Source of the DNA: Candidatus Latescibacterota bacterium | GTDB taxonomy: Bacteria; Latescibacterota; UBA2968; GCA-2709665 | Assembly: GCA_965116875.1 (NCBI GenBank) | Contig: OZ220733.1 | Span: 480,001 to 544,000, forward strand | Reading direction: 5' to 3' | DNA length: 64,000 bases | Shown here: positions 61,240-64,000 of the stretch, in pieces | Position numbering within the stretch: the stretch's first letter is position 1 | How the letters are laid out: every line of letters starts with the position of its first letter | Notes under the pieces: model-generated | The model's input: the letters and a program-made list of their open reading frames with translations, nothing else | Database searches by the model: none | What the model was told of the DNA's origin: nothing | Translations under genes and position numbers: made by a program

Positions 61240-62928
61240 CTACCCTTCATCTTCCGTCTCGATCGTATTCAGGATCGCGTCAACGTCCTCGCTTGCGGGT
61301 TCGGGGCTGAGAATACGCCATTTGTACTGGGTATCCCGTTTCCCCGCGCCCGCCGCGCGCAGCACCTCGGCTTCCGCCCATCCGGACCGCATCAGATGGA
61401 GGCACGGCGCCGCCAGCCTGCGGGAGCGCCGCTTCTCGGCGTACTCCAGATTGACGCCCGCCAGCGCGCGGTCAAGGTGGGGAATCACCTCGTTTTTCAG
61501 GAAATCCCGCGAGAACTCTCCCTTCAACTCCGCGTAGATCTCGTACCGGCGAGCCCCCACGCTTGCTACCACGCGGAACTGCTCGACCACGGAGACGTCA
61601 TACCGGCGTCGGACCTCTTCGAGCGCCAGAACGAGGTGATTCACGTGCATCTTCTCGCCCGTGATGCTCGTCATGTCACGGCCTTTACGGATGAAGGCCA
61701 GCAGCGGGGCGTTCCGGTAGAAACCGGTCACCTGTACGATGTCGTGAATATCGTACCGGTAGAGGCCTCCTGGGGTGGTCAGGAGCACCGCATAGTTCAC
61801 GCCGTCCTCCAGTTCATGGCTGGAAAGAACGTGTGGGTTGGCGTCATCCAATGAGGACTCGGGAATGAACTCGTAATAGTTCCCGTTCAGCGAGAGAATG
61901 CCCGATGCGGTATGGTCCCGGTTCGGAAGGGTAAAATGCCCTTCGCTGGCCAGAAAGCCCAGGTCTCGCGTGGGGACGTCGCCATAATACGCCGGCAGCT
62001 TCCGGGCCTGAACCCCCACACTGCCTCCCAGCCAGCACCCGATGAGTTTCAGGTCCGGCCAGCAATCCGCTGGAAGGAGCGATCCGGTCCGGTCCAATAC
62101 GCCCTCGAGTACCCTTGCGCGGTCCGGATCCGGTGCCATATTGGCGGACAGCTGTTCGGCAAGTTGCGGCTGGTCCGGCAGGTCGATGCCGGGCGTGCCC
62201 TCGTGAACCGCGCGAACGATGGCGTCGGCGTTATTGAGTGCAGTCTCCGCCAGGCGAATGAGCGTGCTTGGATTGGGTGTTCCGATGTACGAAACGCGCC
62301 TGGCCAACGCCAGACGCGCGGCCACGAAATAGCGGCGATCGTAGTCCTTGATCTCGGAAACCGCGTAGGGGATCGCGTAGGTGCCGCGGATCGGCCCGGG
62401 AATCCGCTGGTAGAGCATCCCGGACGCGCTGCCGTACGGAAGCCCCGAGGGGGTGCGACCCTCGATGGCCCGGCTTACGATGCCCACAAATGCGCCGTCC
62501 AGGAACCCCGGATGGTCCTGAAGCGCGCGATAGATCCACTCCAGAGAAAAACCGGACGCGAGACGCATGGACTCGCGTGTGACCGGGATGTACTTCGGTT
62601 CTCCCGTGGTCCCGCTCGTCATATTCAACATCCGGGGCGCGTCCGAAGTAAGGACCGCCTGCTCGCCGGCGATGATCCGGTTCACATACGGCCGCAGCCC
62701 TTCGTAATCTCTAACAGGTACCCGTGCGCGGTAGTCGGCTTCCGTGCGGATTGACGCGAAACCATGGTCCTTGCCGAATACGGTGTTGGCGTTGGCTTTC
62801 ACCAGGCGCATAAGGAAGGCGTTCTGCGCGGCGTGCGGGCGCTCGGCCGAGCGGTCGAGCTTGCGGGCGAGGGCGGATCCCTTCATCCGGATTATGGTCT
62901 TGACGAGCATTCCCATAACCTGTCCCAT
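61240..62928 (-). CDS. GH3-family acyl-acid amido synthetase-like protein
   Basis: TSGTTGEPKYIP, ASEG, YYEFIP, GLYRYDIHD and GEK motifs. Confidence 0.9.
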   Translation of the reverse strand: MGQVMGMLVKTIIRMKGSALARKLDRSAERPHAAQNAFLMRLVKANANTVFGKDHGFASIRTEADYRARVPVRDYEGLRPYVNRIIAGEQAVLTSDAPRMLNMTSGTTGEPKYIPVTRESMRLASGFSLEWIYRALQDHPGFLDGAFVGIVSRAIEGRTPSGLPYGSASGMLYQRIPGPIRGTYAIPYAVSEIKDYDRRYFVAARLALARRVSYIGTPNPSTLIRLAETALNNADAIVRAVHEGTPGIDLPDQPQLAEQLSANMAPDPDRARVLEGVLDRTGSLLPADCWPDLKLIGCWLGGSVGVQARKLPAYYGDVPTRDLGFLASEGHFTLPNRDHTASGILSLNGNYYEFIPESSLDDANPHVLSSHELEDGVNYAVLLTTPGGLYRYDIHDIVQVTGFYRNAPLLAFIRKGRDMTSITGEKMHVNHLVLALEEVRRRYDVSVVEQFRVVASVGARRYEIYAELKGEFSRDFLKNEVIPHLDRALAGVNLEYAEKRRSRRLAAPCLHLMRSGWAEAEVLRAAGAGKRDTQYKWRILSPEPASEDVDAILNTIETEDEG

Positions 62929-62929
62929 A

Positions 62930-62971
62930 GAAGCTGTCTTAAAATCCTCACCAATATCCCTAAACAGCTAC
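62930..62971. repeat. MITE-like family 2, vestigial copy (termini only)
   Basis: GAAGCTGTCTTAAAAT...AAACAGCTAC fills the intergenic gap. Confidence 0.55.
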
Positions 62972-64000
62972 TTACCAAGAATCGTCGTGGTCTCCGCGTG
63001 GGCGCGAAGGACGTCATCGTTAACGTCGACGCCGAGCCCCGGATCCCGCAGCAGCGGCGCCCATCCGCCGCGGCCGAACGCAACGGATTCTTCAGACACG
63101 TCTTCCACGAGCAGCATGTTCCCGTAGGAGCCCTCCACGAACGATATCCGGTCGAGATGGGCAGCCAGGTGACGCCCGGCAGCCGAGAGGATGGCGGACT
63201 CTCCCACCTGGCAGCCGAGTTGCAGCCGCAGCCCGGCACGATCGGCCATTCGGGCGATCTCCAGCGTACGGACAAGACCGCCGCACTTGGAAATGCGCAG
63301 ATTAAAGAAATCGCATGCCCCCGACTGAATCAGCGCTTCCGCGTCGGCCAGGGTGACAAGGGATTCGTCAGCCATAATCGGAATTGGCGACCGGGAACGA
63401 ACACTCGCCAGCACCTCAGGATTGCCGCGGGGAATGGGCTGCTCGGCGCAGGCGATATCAAACGGCGCCAGGGCCTCGAGCGTCGCAACCGCTTCGTCAG
63501 GCGTGTACGCACAGTTCGCGTCGATCCTGAGCGAGACGTCGGGGCCCACCGTCTCACGGACGGCCGCGACGCGGTCTCGCCCATCCTCTCCGTCGATCTT
63601 TATTTTCACGTCCTGAAGCCCGAATTCCGCGCAGACCCGTGCGAGCCGGACCGCGCTATCGATGGAACCGCCGCTGATGACGCCGCTGTAGGTGACGGAG
63701 GCACGCCTGGGCCTTAGAATCTCGCCCAGTGACAGTCGACCGCGACGCAGCAGGAGGTCGAGCAGGGCGAGTTCGCAGGCGGTTCTGGCGGCGTGCCACG
63801 CGACCACGCCGGTGGCATCGCCGTCGGGCAGGTTCCGGCCCACCGGGTCCAGCGTGCGAACGGGGTCAGAGCCGGGATCCATCGCGGGAACCTCAGAATT
63901 CACGACGGAGGGCCAGAGACATTGCGCGATATGGTCGATGCAGCTCTCAACGGTCTCGCCCGTCACGTACGGGCGGGGCAGCCCTTCACCGTAGCCCACC
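62968..64000 (-). CDS. Enolase superfamily, MLE subgroup (epimerase/cycloisomerase-like), 5' end off the window
   Basis: GYGEGLPR, KIK, DAN, EQP, DES and SKCGG motifs. Confidence 0.88.
   Translation of the reverse strand, partial: VGYGEGLPRPYVTGETVESCIDHIAQCLWPSVVNSEVPAMDPGSDPVRTLDPVGRNLPDGDATGVVAWHAARTACELALLDLLLRRGRLSLGEILRPRRASVTYSGVISGGSIDSAVRLARVCAEFGLQDVKIKIDGEDGRDRVAAVRETVGPDVSLRIDANCAYTPDEAVATLEALAPFDIACAEQPIPRGNPEVLASVRSRSPIPIMADESLVTLADAEALIQSGACDFFNLRISKCGGLVRTLEIARMADRAGLRLQLGCQVGESAILSAAGRHLAAHLDRISFVEGSYGNMLLVEDVSEESVAFGRGGWAPLLRDPGLGVDVNDDVLRAHAETTTILGK

Overview
GC-rich bacterial window, densely coding, with about 55 CDSs and no rRNA, tRNA or CRISPR array. Most genes are core or carbohydrate/small-molecule metabolism (prs, nagB, kbl, mqnB/mqnD, queF, modA, TruC-like, several Gfo/Idh/MocA, PhyH, enolase-superfamily and MFS genes). 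This content and the C-terminal dockerin-like tags resemble Latescibacterota/Gemmatimonadota-type, often sponge-associated genomes; that placement is inference only. Accessory elements: (1) an intact IS1380-family element (30954-32817) with imperfect IRs and a 6-bp TSD; (2) two families of short TIR-bounded MITE-like repeats, four copies each, one showing compensatory base changes that point to a conserved fold; (3) a lower-GC cluster (46923-54264) of exported proteins, three with dockerin/EF-hand-like C-termini, including an S8 protease with a cohesin-like domain, plus a Sel1-repeat gene bracketed by a 135-bp direct repeat; (4) a tandem queF plus a catalytically dead queF paralog; (5) an atypical ACP next to a Re-citrate-synthase-like gene; (6) a GH3 amido-synthetase/enolase-family operon converging on a methyltransferase-peptidase-P450 unit. 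All calls come from motif recognition, not database searches.
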